The notes beneath the pieces are model-generated. The model had not been told where the DNA came from, did not search any database, and saw only the letters and a program-made list of their open reading frames with translations. 64,000 nt of DNA, taken from Candidatus Limimonas egerieequi (GTDB lineage: Bacteria; Bacillota; Clostridia; Oscillospirales; Acutalibacteraceae). The translations under genes were made by a program, and so were the position numbers. This document shows positions 32,482 through 42,551 of this stretch, piece by piece (the first letter of the stretch is position 1; every line of letters begins with the position of its first letter). Location of the stretch: assembly GCA_018064455.1 (NCBI GenBank), contig JAGHVH010000029.1:4683-68682 (forward strand), written 5' to 3'.

Positions 32482-32900
32482 TAGAAAATAACCTCAATGT
32501 TAAGGTCGTCCGCATCGCGTGTCTTGTTTGTATCTCTCTCGAAGTCCTCTGCGTTCCAAACTTCAAACTTGTTGCCAGAACCCGCAATGACTACATCCTT
32601 AGAAAGATTTGCATATTGTAAAAGCTCTGCCTTGATTGTGAAACGGCCCTGTTTGTCAAGTTCCACGATGTCGGCATTGCCGAAGAAGTTTCTCTTGTAG
32701 CGTCTGTACTCAGCAGAGCCAGGAAGCGCCTTAACCTGAGCTGCTACCTTTTCCCACTCCTCCTGAGAGTAGATGTAAAGACATTCGTCTGGAGCTTTGC
32801 AGACAACAAAAGTACCTCCCAAGTACTCACGGTACTTAGAAGGAATGAATATTCGATTTTTGGCGTCAAGGCTGTGATTATATACGCCAAGAAAATCCAT
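32481..32900 (-). CDS. mraZ: transcriptional regulator MraZ
   Basis: Two DxxxR-type SpoVT/AbrB-like halves (LDAKNRIFIPSKYRE; LDKQGRFTIKAELLQYA). First gene of the dcw cluster. Confidence 0.95.
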   Translation of the reverse strand: MDFLGVYNHSLDAKNRIFIPSKYREYLGGTFVVCKAPDECLYIYSQEEWEKVAAQVKALPGSAEYRRYKRNFFGNADIVELDKQGRFTIKAELLQYANLSKDVVIAGSGNKFEVWNAEDFERDTNKTRDADDLNIEVIF

Positions 32901-33314
32901 TATTTTGTCCCCTTTCGTTCCCCACTTTTCACCATTTTGGTGGAATTTTGCTCCACTTCATGTCACTAGTATATTATAAAGCGCCCCTAAATGCAAGGAT
33001 TTTTTAAAAATTTTTTAACTTTTTTATGCACTTTTTTGAACGAGAATTTCGATTGATCTTCTCGTGACCTTTTGTACTAATTCTTAGCTGCGAAAGGTTC
33101 TGCTTTTTCAAACAAATTTTGCAAGTTTTTATATCTTGAAATTGCAAAACGGCCACCAGGCGTTTAAAAGCTTGGTGGCCGTTCGTGTACATAGGTCCAT
33201 AATATATCGGTAAATTTTGATAATGTGCACAAAATATTCTCGCGCTTTTGTGCATATTTCTGTCACTTTGTTAAGGTTCGTTACAAGTTTGTCAAATAAA
33301 AATTTCAAAAATAG

Positions 33315-33343
33315 TTGCAACTATTATATTGGGGTGTTAGAAT
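33315..33343 (+). promoter_or_regulatory. candidate sigma-A promoter for hppA
   Basis: TTGCAA, a 17-nt spacer, then TAGAAT, about 45 nt upstream of the hppA start. Confidence 0.4.
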
Positions 33344-33388
33344 TGTTCGTGCCAATATACAAATATAATATAATTGGGGGATTTAGAA

Positions 33389-35389
33389 ATGGCAAAATTT
33401 CTTTTCTTAGTTCCAGTTGCTGGTGCACTTGCACTTCTCTTTGCATTATTCCTTGCATTGAAAGTAACAAAGGCTCCTGTTGGAACAGACAGAATGAAGG
33501 AAATCTCAGACAGCATCCATGAAGGTGCTTTGGCTTTCCTCACATCAGAGTACAAGATTCTTGTAATCTTTGTAGCAGTTCTCCTCGTAGTAATCGGCTT
33601 CGCAATTAACTGGACAACAGCTATCTGCTTTGTTGCTGGTGCATTGTTCTCAGTACTCGCTGGTTTCTTCGGCATGACAGTTGCTACACGTGCTAACGTT
33701 CGTACAGCTAACGCTGCTAAAGAAAGTGGCATGAACAAGGCCCTTTCAATCGCTTTCTCAGGCGGTGCAGTAATGGGTATGTCAGTTGTAGGTCTTGGCC
33801 TTCTTGGTGTTGGTCTTATCTACATCATCACAAAGGGTAACACAGACGTACTCTTCGGTTTCAGCCTTGGTGCTTCTTCTATCGCTCTCTTCGCTCGTGT
33901 TGGTGGCGGTATCTACACAAAGGCAGCTGACGTTGGTGCTGACCTCGTTGGTAAGGTTGAGAACAACATCCCAGAGGATGACCCAAGAAACCCTGCAGTT
34001 ATCGCTGATAACGTTGGTGACAACGTAGGCGACGTTGCTGGTATGGGTGCTGACCTCTATGAATCATATGTTGGTTCTATCGTTTCAGCAGTTACACTTG
34101 GTGCCCTTCTTACAAAAGAAGAAGTATTGTTTGACAAGGCTGGCGTTTTATTCCCACTCTTCCTTGCAGCTCTCGGCATCATCGCATCAATCATCTCTAC
34201 ATTCTTTGTAAGAGGTAAAGAAGGTTCTAACCCTCACACAGCTCTTAAGATAGCTCAGTGGGTATCTTCTGCTCTCGTAGTTATTGCAGCTTTCGTACTT
34301 TGCAAAGCTTGCTTCATTTCACTCGGTGCTTTCTGGGCAGTTATTGCCGGCCTTATCGTAGGTCTCCTTATTGGTACAGTTACTGAGTACTACACATCTG
34401 ACGCTTACAAGTCAGTTAAGCACATTGCTGAGCAGTCTCAGACAGGTCCAGCTACAACAATTATTTCTGGTCTTGCAGTAGGTATGCTCTCAACAGCTAT
34501 TCCAATTCTTCTCATCGCTATTGGTATCTTCGTTGCTTACAAGTGCGCTGGTATCTATGGTATCGCTCTTGCAGCCGTTGGTATGCTTTCAACAACTGGT
34601 ATCACAGTTGCTGTTGACGCATATGGCCCAATCGCTGACAACGCTGGTGGTATCGCTGAGATGTCAGGTCTTGACGAATCAGTTCGTAACATCACAGATA
34701 AGCTCGACTCTGTTGGTAACACAACAGCAGCTATCGGTAAGGGCTTCGCAATTGGTTCTGCTGCTCTTACAGCGCTCGCACTCTTTAACACATACACAGA
34801 AGGTGTAGGCATTGATTCAATCAACCTTACATCTGCTCCTGTTGTTATTGGTCTTTTGATCGGTGGTATGCTTCCATTCCTCTTCTCTGCATTCACAATG
34901 GAATCAGTTGGTAAGGCTGCAAACCAGATGATCGAAGAAGTTCGTCGTCAGTTCCACGAGATTCCTGGTATCCTTGAAGGTAAAGCAAAGCCTGACTACA
35001 AGACATGCGTTGCTATCTCTACAAAGGCTGCTTTGAAGGAAATGATCGTTCCTGGCGTAATCGCAGTTCTTGCTCCACTCGCAGTAGGTTTCCTTCTTGG
35101 TCCTGAGGCTCTCGGCGGTATGCTCGCTGGCGCTCTCGTTTCTGGCGTATTGATGGCTATCTTCATGTCAAACGCTGGTGGCGCTTGGGATAACGCTAAG
35201 AAGTACGTTGAAGGTGGCGTATATGGTGGTAAGGGTTCAGAAACTCATCACGCAGCAGTTGTTGGTGATACAGTTGGTGACCCATTCAAAGATACATCAG
35301 GCCCATCTATCAACATCCTTATCAAGCTTATGACTGTTATTTCAACAGTATTCGCTGGCCTTATTGCTGCAGTTGGTGGACTCATCTAA
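33389..35389 (+). CDS. hppA: membrane-bound pyrophosphate-energised cation pump (H+/Na+-PPase)
   Basis: About 16 TM helices with diagnostic motifs [59 protein letters not shown] and [15 protein letters not shown] prefer the ATG at 33389 (MAKFLF), preceded by ggggga, over the TTG at 33374. Confidence 0.95.
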   Translation: MAKFLFLVPVAGALALLFALFLALKVTKAPVGTDRMKEISDSIHEGALAFLTSEYKILVIFVAVLLVVIGFAINWTTAICFVAGALFSVLAGFFGMTVATRANVRTANAAKESGMNKALSIAFSGGAVMGMSVVGLGLLGVGLIYIITKGNTDVLFGFSLGASSIALFARVGGGIYTKAADVGADLVGKVENNIPEDDPRNPAVIADNVGDNVGDVAGMGADLYESYVGSIVSAVTLGALLTKEEVLFDKAGVLFPLFLAALGIIASIISTFFVRGKEGSNPHTALKIAQWVSSALVVIAAFVLCKACFISLGAFWAVIAGLIVGLLIGTVTEYYTSDAYKSVKHIAEQSQTGPATTIISGLAVGMLSTAIPILLIAIGIFVAYKCAGIYGIALAAVGMLSTTGITVAVDAYGPIADNAGGIAEMSGLDESVRNITDKLDSVGNTTAAIGKGFAIGSAALTALALFNTYTEGVGIDSINLTSAPVVIGLLIGGMLPFLFSAFTMESVGKAANQMIEEVRRQFHEIPGILEGKAKPDYKTCVAISTKAALKEMIVPGVIAVLAPLAVGFLLGPEALGGMLAGALVSGVLMAIFMSNAGGAWDNAKKYVEGGVYGGKGSETHHAAVVGDTVGDPFKDTSGPSINILIKLMTVISTVFAGLIAAVGGLI

Positions 35390-35405
35390 GTTCCTAATTG
35401 TATAT

Positions 35406-35447
35406 AAAAAAACACCCCGCTGATGAAAATCAGCGGGGTTATTTTTT
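35406..35447. terminator. bidirectional rho-independent terminator
   Basis: Hairpin ccccgctgat-gaaa-atcagcgggg flanked by an A-run and a T-run, between convergent genes. Confidence 0.8.
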
Positions 35448-35451
35448 ACCT

Positions 35452-37845
35452 TTATTCAACTATACCAAACAATAAGCATTTATGAATATCCACATGCTCC
35501 TCGTCGGCATACATCCTTGAAAGAACTAAACTTGCATTAACAACAAAGCCATTAAGTTTAACAGCAATATCTGATTTCATCTGTCCATTTGGCTTGTCAA
35601 ACAACTCGCCATGAACAACATCAAGATTTGCAAATTTTACTAAATTCTCACGGTCCTCTTTGATTGCAACCTTTGGAAGGAAACATTCACGGAGCCAAGC
35701 AAGTTCGCCTGATTTTGGAAGTTCATCCTCAAAAGTATCATTGCAAGATAACTGTCTAAACGTCCTTGCATCCAAATCGAACTCATAGATGAAAGAACAA
35801 GCATTTTTCAATAGTTGCTGAAGTGACATTTCAGGCTCTTTTGCAACCTTATCACGATCAGCATCTTCCTGCCTTGCAAATTCAACATAAATTAACGCTC
35901 TAAAGTCATTGTGCTCTGGATTGTCATCAAGCCTGTCAATGGTCATCTTGGCCCATTTATATCCATCTGTCTTTGACTTAACGCGAAGTTCTGTAATAAT
36001 CTTGGACTCGTTTTGATAGAACGTAGACATAACAGAAACAGAAGCGCAACGGTTTTTAACCGTCTTAATGTCATCTGGATGAACATGCTTCTCTATAATT
36101 GCCGAAAAGTCCTCATCATAATTTGTGCCACGACGCTCCTCAGAGGAGTTAACAAATGTATATTCACCTGTGTTGTAATCGACTTCTATAAGGCTGCCCT
36201 CAAGCATATCAAGCAACGCAGCGTACTTGAGCCTTGCATCATCCTCGCCTACCTCATCAAGCGACTTGCGTGCACGGCGAAGTTCAACAGGCATCTCCTT
36301 GCGTCTGTTACCCTCAAGGAGATTCGTAAAGCGTGCATGTGGGATTGGCTCGGAATATACATATCCCTGAATAATATCACAGCCAATCTCCTTAAGGAAT
36401 GCAACCTGTGCCCAGTTTTCAATACCCTCTGCGACCGTCTTCATCTCGAGCGCGCGAGACATATTGATTACACTTGAAATAAGAGCCTTGTCACGTGACA
36501 TATTTTCACTGTCATCAAAGAAAAGCTTATCAAGTTTTAAAGTGTCCATTGGAAGGTTCTTCAAAATATTAAGTGATGAATAACCAGATCCAAAGTCATC
36601 GATTGAGCAATTAAAGCCTGACTTTTTAAGGCTTAAAACAATTTTACGAAGGATATCAAGGTTTTCAAATACGATACTCTCCGTAAATTCAAGTTCGAGT
36701 ATTCCATCAGGAATATCGTACTTTTCTTTAATCTTGGTGTAACGTTTTACAAAGTCAAGGCGATAGAATTGAAGCCTTGAAACGTTTACTGAAATTGGAA
36801 CTACTTTTACTCCTGCATCTATCCAATCACGGATGTTCTTACATACAGTTTCAAAGACATATTGGTCAAGATTAATAATAAAACCATTCTGTTCAAAAAG
36901 AGGAATAAATTTACCCGGGGACATAAAACCTGATTCTGGACTATCCCAACGAACCAATGCCTCAGCGCCAACTATTTCGCCAGTGCTTACTTCATACTTT
37001 GGCTGGAAGTATGCTTTGAATTCACCGTTAGCAAGAGCGCTTTCCATTTTGCGCTCAAGTTCCTTTTCAGCGATTACTCGCTCACGGATTTCCTCGGTAT
37101 AGAAAGCTATGTGGTACTCAGAACTGCCCTTGACTGACTTTTGAGCCATGTTAGCTCTATCTATCATCTCTGAAATCGAAAGGTTATCACTAGTTGGGTC
37201 ATCACCCGAACAATAAATACCTACGTAAATCTCTGGTTTGTAGTTTGCCTTTTGAATGTCCTCAAACCAACCGATATCATCAATAATTGTGTAAATTGTT
37301 TCTACAAAATCATTCTTATCCTTGTATGGGACGATTACTGCATAGTTATCCGCAGATACTCTGGCATAAAGGCCTGCAACGTTCGTAACTGCCTCACGAA
37401 TTCGCTGTGAGATATACATAAGTAACTTGTCGCCAACATCATATCCAAACGTATCATTGATATATTTAAAGTTTAATATGTCGCCATAGAATACAGCATG
37501 TAATTCATCTTTATATGAAAGTAATTCCTCAGCGTCCTTAAGGAACTTCTCATAATTGATACCACTAGTTAATTTGTCGGTGTCATTGTACTGAGTTGCA
37601 TGCCTTGTAAATATTGTAATGCCAATATTGATACCCATTGCCGACACTACTAAGTATCCTACGCCAAGAATTACATAATTGATTATTTTATGTAGTGTTA
37701 CAACCGCATGATCAGTGTTGTACTTTGCCAAAAAGCCTGTAATCACAGTCAAAGCGGCCAAGCATATGGAACTGCCTATTATCAGCAAAATCCTAAGTCT
37801 TTTGCTGTTAGCAGCATAATCATTTGTTTTTCTAGTATTCGCCAT
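35452..37845 (-). CDS. membrane-anchored degenerate-GGDEF / EAL protein (probable c-di-GMP phosphodiesterase) with C-terminal PAS-like modules
   Basis: Two N-terminal TM helices. The GGDEF-fold domain has SADNY at the active-site position. EAL domain motifs are GAEALVRW, ELEFTES, DDFGSGYSSL, KLDK, AEGIE and QGY. About 270 aa after the EAL domain carry a PAS-like HPDD segment. The ATG at 37845 is preferred because it is preceded by aagggga. Confidence 0.85.
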   Translation of the reverse strand: MANTRKTNDYAANSKRLRILLIIGSSICLAALTVITGFLAKYNTDHAVVTLHKIINYVILGVGYLVVSAMGINIGITIFTRHATQYNDTDKLTSGINYEKFLKDAEELLSYKDELHAVFYGDILNFKYINDTFGYDVGDKLLMYISQRIREAVTNVAGLYARVSADNYAVIVPYKDKNDFVETIYTIIDDIGWFEDIQKANYKPEIYVGIYCSGDDPTSDNLSISEMIDRANMAQKSVKGSSEYHIAFYTEEIRERVIAEKELERKMESALANGEFKAYFQPKYEVSTGEIVGAEALVRWDSPESGFMSPGKFIPLFEQNGFIINLDQYVFETVCKNIRDWIDAGVKVVPISVNVSRLQFYRLDFVKRYTKIKEKYDIPDGILELEFTESIVFENLDILRKIVLSLKKSGFNCSIDDFGSGYSSLNILKNLPMDTLKLDKLFFDDSENMSRDKALISSVINMSRALEMKTVAEGIENWAQVAFLKEIGCDIIQGYVYSEPIPHARFTNLLEGNRRKEMPVELRRARKSLDEVGEDDARLKYAALLDMLEGSLIEVDYNTGEYTFVNSSEERRGTNYDEDFSAIIEKHVHPDDIKTVKNRCASVSVMSTFYQNESKIITELRVKSKTDGYKWAKMTIDRLDDNPEHNDFRALIYVEFARQEDADRDKVAKEPEMSLQQLLKNACSFIYEFDLDARTFRQLSCNDTFEDELPKSGELAWLRECFLPKVAIKEDRENLVKFANLDVVHGELFDKPNGQMKSDIAVKLNGFVVNASLVLSRMYADEEHVDIHKCLLFGIVE

Positions 37846-38049
37846 TGTAAATTTCCCCTTAAATTTCAACAGAAAATCTCAATTTTTTATTGAAAATACA
37901 TAAATTATTCTATCATTGCTACTAACCTTTGTCAATTTTATTATTAAATATTAATAATAAAAATTACAAAATATGTTAAATACTTGTATACTTTTATTAA
38001 AAAGGTGTTATAATATATTATGTATTACTATGTATTGAGAGGTAACTTT

Positions 38050-41000
38050 ATGCCTGTACACGAAAAAGCATCAAAAATTGCAAAGGACAGTATTCTGACT
38101 ATTTCGTTAGCCGGATTGCTAGTTGTCGCCTACTTGCTGATACTTATGTATACTTACAACAGCTTAACCCAAGCTGCTGAAAATGAAATACTTAAGTCGA
38201 CATCAAACGCATCAGTAAGTATCGCAAGAATAATTGACGTCGATCACTCACAAGTAGAAATGCTAGCTGGTGAGTTAACGGCAAAATACGACGAACTCAA
38301 TCCAAATCGTGCCCTTGATATGGAAACAATCAAAGGCGAGATGATGGATTTTCTCAAAGAGAACAAGCCCGTCGATAGCCTTCTCACCACCTTCTTCTTT
38401 AGTGATGCAACCTTCGTGAACTCTCTTGGCCAAACGGGCGAAATCAAGGACTTTGATGACTTTACAAAAAAATTCTCTAACTCTCAAATATTTGTAACAG
38501 ACATATATAATCAAAACTATGAAAACTGTGTTCACTTCTATTCACAGGTTAAAAACCTAAACGGATCAACAATTGGTTATCTCACTACAACGTATAAATT
38601 TGATGATGTTTTATCTAACTGCTATGACGTTGCTGAAAAGGTCAACGGCCTTCACAACGTAATGTTCACAAGCAATGGCTCTGTAATAATCAACACTGAT
38701 AGCAAGGGTTCTTCCTTTGAATCGGTAACAAATCTCTATGAATATTTGAAGAAAAACAAATACAATGGACACCTTCCTTCTGCAGAAGAACCACAGAGTT
38801 CAACATCAATCAATACATTCTATACAGACATATCTAAAAATATTATCGCAATTGCTCCTATTCCTGATATGCAAGGCCTCTATATCGGTCGCATAATGCC
38901 AACAAGTGCAATGTTCGCAACTACAGGAAAGCTCATCGTATTTATGACGCTTGCTTCTTTCCTCTTCTTCTTTGTGCTCATTGTTATTGGATATAGGTAC
39001 TACAAGTCACTTACAGAAACATCTAACCGAATCAAAAATATCGCTTATACAGACCCACTTACAGGCTATGCAAACTTTGCCAAGTTCAAAGAGGACTGTG
39101 AAGATATTCTTACCACCGAAACTGACAAGACATTCTTCATGACCTGTTGCGATATGGTTGGTTTCCGTTATATCAACGATGCGTTCGGTTATGACACAGG
39201 TGATGAAATCCTCCTCCAAATCGCTCAGGAGATGGATAGCCTATTAAACGATGATGAAATTTTCGCGCGTATTTCAGGCGATAAATTTGTAATCTTAACA
39301 GAACGCAACTTTGCAAATACTGAAGACGAGATGTTCGTATATCAGCTTGCTGACCGCATCAGTTCAATTGGACCTCTTGCAAAGAACCACATCCGTATCG
39401 AAGTACAGATGGGTATTTACAAAATCCTTCCTGAGGATTTAGAGGACCTTTCAATCAACGCTCTTTATGACCGTAGCCTTGTTGCTTTATACTCAATCGG
39501 CCATACCGATTCAACTGCAGCAGAATATGATGCTGCAATCTATGATGAGCAAATCGAGCGTAAAGATATTGAGTCTCGTATGCATCAAGCACTCAAGGAC
39601 GGCGAGTTCAGAGTTTACGTTCAGCCAAAATACAGAACTAGCAATGCAAAACTTGCTGCTGGTGAAGCACTTATCCGCTGGATTGATCCTAATAAGGGTA
39701 TCGTTCCTCCAATCAAGTTTATTCCACTCTTTGAGCAAAACCGTTTCGTACATGACGTTGACCTCTATGTAATGGAAGTAATTGCTCGTTTCCAGAGGAT
39801 GAGACTTAACGAGGGATTGCCAGTTGTACCTATCTCACTTAACATCTCCCCTGTCGAGTTTACTATGCCTGGCTTCCGCCAGTCATATATAAGCATCAAA
39901 GATAAATACGATATTCCAGACAGACTTATCGAACTTGAGTTTACAGAGGGTATCTTCTTTGATGACGAGGAACTCTTTAAGGACGTTATTCGCGAGTTCC
40001 ACGAGCACGGTTTCTCTTGCTCAATGGACGACTTTGGTTCGGGTTATTCATCTCTTAACATTTTGAAGGATTTGCCAGTTGACGTTCTTAAGCTTGACAA
40101 ACTCTTCTTTAGAGAGAGTGAAAACACTTCACGTGACCGTTCCATCATTCGCTCCGTTGTTGCAATGGCACGTTCACTCAACATCAAAACAGTTGCCGAA
40201 GGCGTTGAAACACTTGATGTTGTTGAATTCCTTAAACTTATCGGATGTACACTCATCCAAGGTTATATCTATTCAAAGCCATTGCCACTAACTGAATTCG
40301 AAGAAAAACTCAACACTGAAAACATTGACACAGATGATGAGTTTGAATTCGACTTTGATAAGTTTGAAGTAGTTCCGCTTGATATGCCACTTTCAAGTAG
40401 CATAGACGATTCCCTCCGTAAAACATACGCAGGTATCGTTGAAATCAACGCCGGCGGCAATATCTATCATATGTACTATCCAGGTGAGCGTGACGTACAA
40501 TTTGAACCAATCCCAGAGCGTGGTTTCTACACATCATTCTATGAGGATCTCATTCCAAAGTACGTTCATCCAAAGGATATCGAAAAGGTTAAGAAAGCCC
40601 TCAATGTAATGGCTCTTACCAAACACTTCAAGTCAAACAGTGACCTCAACATTGAGTACCGCCATATGCGTAAAGACGGCAACTACTCATGGATGAAATT
40701 CCACATTATCAAAGCAACCGGTGGTCGTGAAGATAGCCAGATTTACTTCGGTTACTTCAACATCATCGATGACTACAAAGAAACCGAGGAAAGCCTTGCA
40801 GCCGCACAGAATCGTTTCGCTGCTGCATACTCCGATATCAACGGCGTTGTATTTGAGCTTGATGCCGAATCAGGTAGAGTTGATATACTTGAAACTCACT
40901 CATCTCTCCTCTCTTCAGTTAAGGATGTACACGACTACACCCAACTCTTTGGATTTATCTGTGAATTCCTCCTTCATCCAGACTACAAGATGATTGTTGA

Positions 41001-42030
41001 AAACAATTGTACCCTTGATAGGGTTAAGGAATACTTCCACAAGGAAACAAATCCAACATCTTTCAAAATCGAAGTTCAAGCCAAGCCTTCACGTAAGGTT
41101 AGCCGTTATAACTTCTACTCTGCTACTTATTCTATCCAAGCAGATTCAAACAAGATTCTTCTTATCGTAGAAGATGTTACAGAAGAAAAGATCAAGGAAG
41201 GTTCTTCAATTGTTCGTCATTATGCTACTGATGTTGCATTTGCAAACACCTATGACCGAATCAGTGTAATCAACCTTGACAAGGATGTATTTACATTGGC
41301 TACTTATCCACAAAATGGTAAGAGAAAAGCCAACGTTTCAGAAGGCAAATACTCAGTTCATTTTGATCAGAAACTTTCCGAAATGATTAAAGAAGAAGAT
41401 TTAAACACCGTATCAACGCTCACTTCTCTAGAAGGTCTTAAAAACTTCTATAACGATACATCTACAAATGAATTTAAATTCATTTTCCAAGAGCGCGTAT
41501 CTCCTGATTCGGATGAATATCACTGGAAGGAATCTCTTCTTGTATCTACGCCTGCAGCATATGGTCAAGATAGACAAGTTTATATTTTCCTTAAGGACAT
41601 TGATGATATTCGTGAGACAGAGAAAAATCTCAACGAATATGCTCACAGGCTCAGTTATTCACTTGCAATGTTTGACTATGCTTACACTGTGAACTGTGAC
41701 ACAGAAGCTGTCGATATCATTGGTGGTCTTCACTTTGAAAACGAGTTGTTTGAGAATGACAACTTGACCTATAACGATATCACAACAATTGTTAAGAACA
41801 CAGTTATCGCAGAGGATAGCCAAGCGGCATTTAGAAGACTCTCTTACATAGATGAGCTCATGGATCACTTCTCAAATCACCCAGCAATCCTTACACGAAT
41901 CTTTAGGGCGCAGGACCCAGATAAGAGATTTGTTGAAGTAACAATCATCTATGGTTCACGAGAGCACTCACTCACTTTCTTCATCAGAGAACTCAACAAG
42001 AACTTAATCGATGAGGTCAATGAAGCATAA
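38050..42030 (+). CDS. large membrane sensor: extracytoplasmic domain + degenerate GGDEF + EAL + four C-terminal PAS-like modules
   Basis: TM1, a ~270-aa extracytoplasmic region, then TM2. The GGDEF-fold domain has SGDKF at the active-site position. EAL motifs are GEALIRW, ELEFTEG, DDFGSGYSSL, KLDK, AEGVE and QGY. About 570 aa of repeated PAS-like segments follow. The ATG at 38050 is preferred because it is preceded by gagagg. Confidence 0.85.
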   Translation: MPVHEKASKIAKDSILTISLAGLLVVAYLLILMYTYNSLTQAAENEILKSTSNASVSIARIIDVDHSQVEMLAGELTAKYDELNPNRALDMETIKGEMMDFLKENKPVDSLLTTFFFSDATFVNSLGQTGEIKDFDDFTKKFSNSQIFVTDIYNQNYENCVHFYSQVKNLNGSTIGYLTTTYKFDDVLSNCYDVAEKVNGLHNVMFTSNGSVIINTDSKGSSFESVTNLYEYLKKNKYNGHLPSAEEPQSSTSINTFYTDISKNIIAIAPIPDMQGLYIGRIMPTSAMFATTGKLIVFMTLASFLFFFVLIVIGYRYYKSLTETSNRIKNIAYTDPLTGYANFAKFKEDCEDILTTETDKTFFMTCCDMVGFRYINDAFGYDTGDEILLQIAQEMDSLLNDDEIFARISGDKFVILTERNFANTEDEMFVYQLADRISSIGPLAKNHIRIEVQMGIYKILPEDLEDLSINALYDRSLVALYSIGHTDSTAAEYDAAIYDEQIERKDIESRMHQALKDGEFRVYVQPKYRTSNAKLAAGEALIRWIDPNKGIVPPIKFIPLFEQNRFVHDVDLYVMEVIARFQRMRLNEGLPVVPISLNISPVEFTMPGFRQSYISIKDKYDIPDRLIELEFTEGIFFDDEELFKDVIREFHEHGFSCSMDDFGSGYSSLNILKDLPVDVLKLDKLFFRESENTSRDRSIIRSVVAMARSLNIKTVAEGVETLDVVEFLKLIGCTLIQGYIYSKPLPLTEFEEKLNTENIDTDDEFEFDFDKFEVVPLDMPLSSSIDDSLRKTYAGIVEINAGGNIYHMYYPGERDVQFEPIPERGFYTSFYEDLIPKYVHPKDIEKVKKALNVMALTKHFKSNSDLNIEYRHMRKDGNYSWMKFHIIKATGGREDSQIYFGYFNIIDDYKETEESLAAAQNRFAAAYSDINGVVFELDAESGRVDILETHSSLLSSVKDVHDYTQLFGFICEFLLHPDYKMIVENNCTLDRVKEYFHKETNPTSFKIEVQAKPSRKVSRYNFYSATYSIQADSNKILLIVEDVTEEKIKEGSSIVRHYATDVAFANTYDRISVINLDKDVFTLATYPQNGKRKANVSEGKYSVHFDQKLSEMIKEEDLNTVSTLTSLEGLKNFYNDTSTNEFKFIFQERVSPDSDEYHWKESLLVSTPAAYGQDRQVYIFLKDIDDIRETEKNLNEYAHRLSYSLAMFDYAYTVNCDTEAVDIIGGLHFENELFENDNLTYNDITTIVKNTVIAEDSQAAFRRLSYIDELMDHFSNHPAILTRIFRAQDPDKRFVEVTIIYGSREHSLTFFIRELNKNLIDEVNEA

Positions 42031-42082
42031 AGTGTGAAAGCCAAAACTTTAGTATTGTATATACTATAATAATTTGCTAAAA

Positions 42083-42120
42083 TATTGAGGCGGTCCAAAC
42101 GGGCCACCTCAATATTAATT
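42083..42120 (+). terminator. probable terminator hairpin after the large EAL gene
   Basis: Imperfect hairpin atattgaggcggtcc-aaac-gggccacctcaatat followed by an A/T-rich tail. The T-run is weak. Confidence 0.45.
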
Positions 42121-42138
42121 TTATAGGAGTTGTAAACT

Positions 42139-42534
42139 ATGAAAGGCTTTATCGCAGAATTTAAAGAATTTTTAGCACAGGGTAACGCAATGGACCTCGC
42201 TGTAGGCGTAGTAATCGGCGGTGCTTTTACAGCAATCGTTAACGCTCTCATCGAATCTATCATCAACCCACTCATCGCACTTATTGCTGGTCAGACTGAT
42301 TTCTCAGCAGTTAAGATTGGTATGTTCCCAATCGGCGTTCTTATCGCTGCAGTAATTAACTTCATCCTTATCGCTTTCGTTGTATTCCTTCTTGTTAAGG
42401 CTGTTAACACAGTTAAGGAAAAGGCAAGCAAGAAGAAAGACGAGCCAGCAGAGGAAGCTGCAGATGAACCAGCAGCACCAACACAGGAAGAACTCCTTGC
42501 TGAAATCGTTGACCTTTTGAAAGCAAAGAAATAA
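42139..42534 (+). CDS. mscL: large-conductance mechanosensitive channel
   Basis: MKGFIAEFKEFLAQGNAMDLAVGVVIGGAFTAIVNALIESIINP is the canonical MscL N-terminus. Two TM helices and a charged C-terminal helix. Confidence 0.95.
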   Translation: MKGFIAEFKEFLAQGNAMDLAVGVVIGGAFTAIVNALIESIINPLIALIAGQTDFSAVKIGMFPIGVLIAAVINFILIAFVVFLLVKAVNTVKEKASKKKDEPAEEAADEPAAPTQEELLAEIVDLLKAKK

Positions 42535-42551
42535 TTTAAGGAAGAACACTC

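Noticed and set aside
33004-33320. 83-aa and 63-aa minus-strand ORFs in the mraZ-hppA intergenic region.
   Set aside because: Lys/Cys/Ile-rich composition, no RBS, and overlap with the hairpins and promoter-like sequences. This region is more likely non-coding regulatory DNA.
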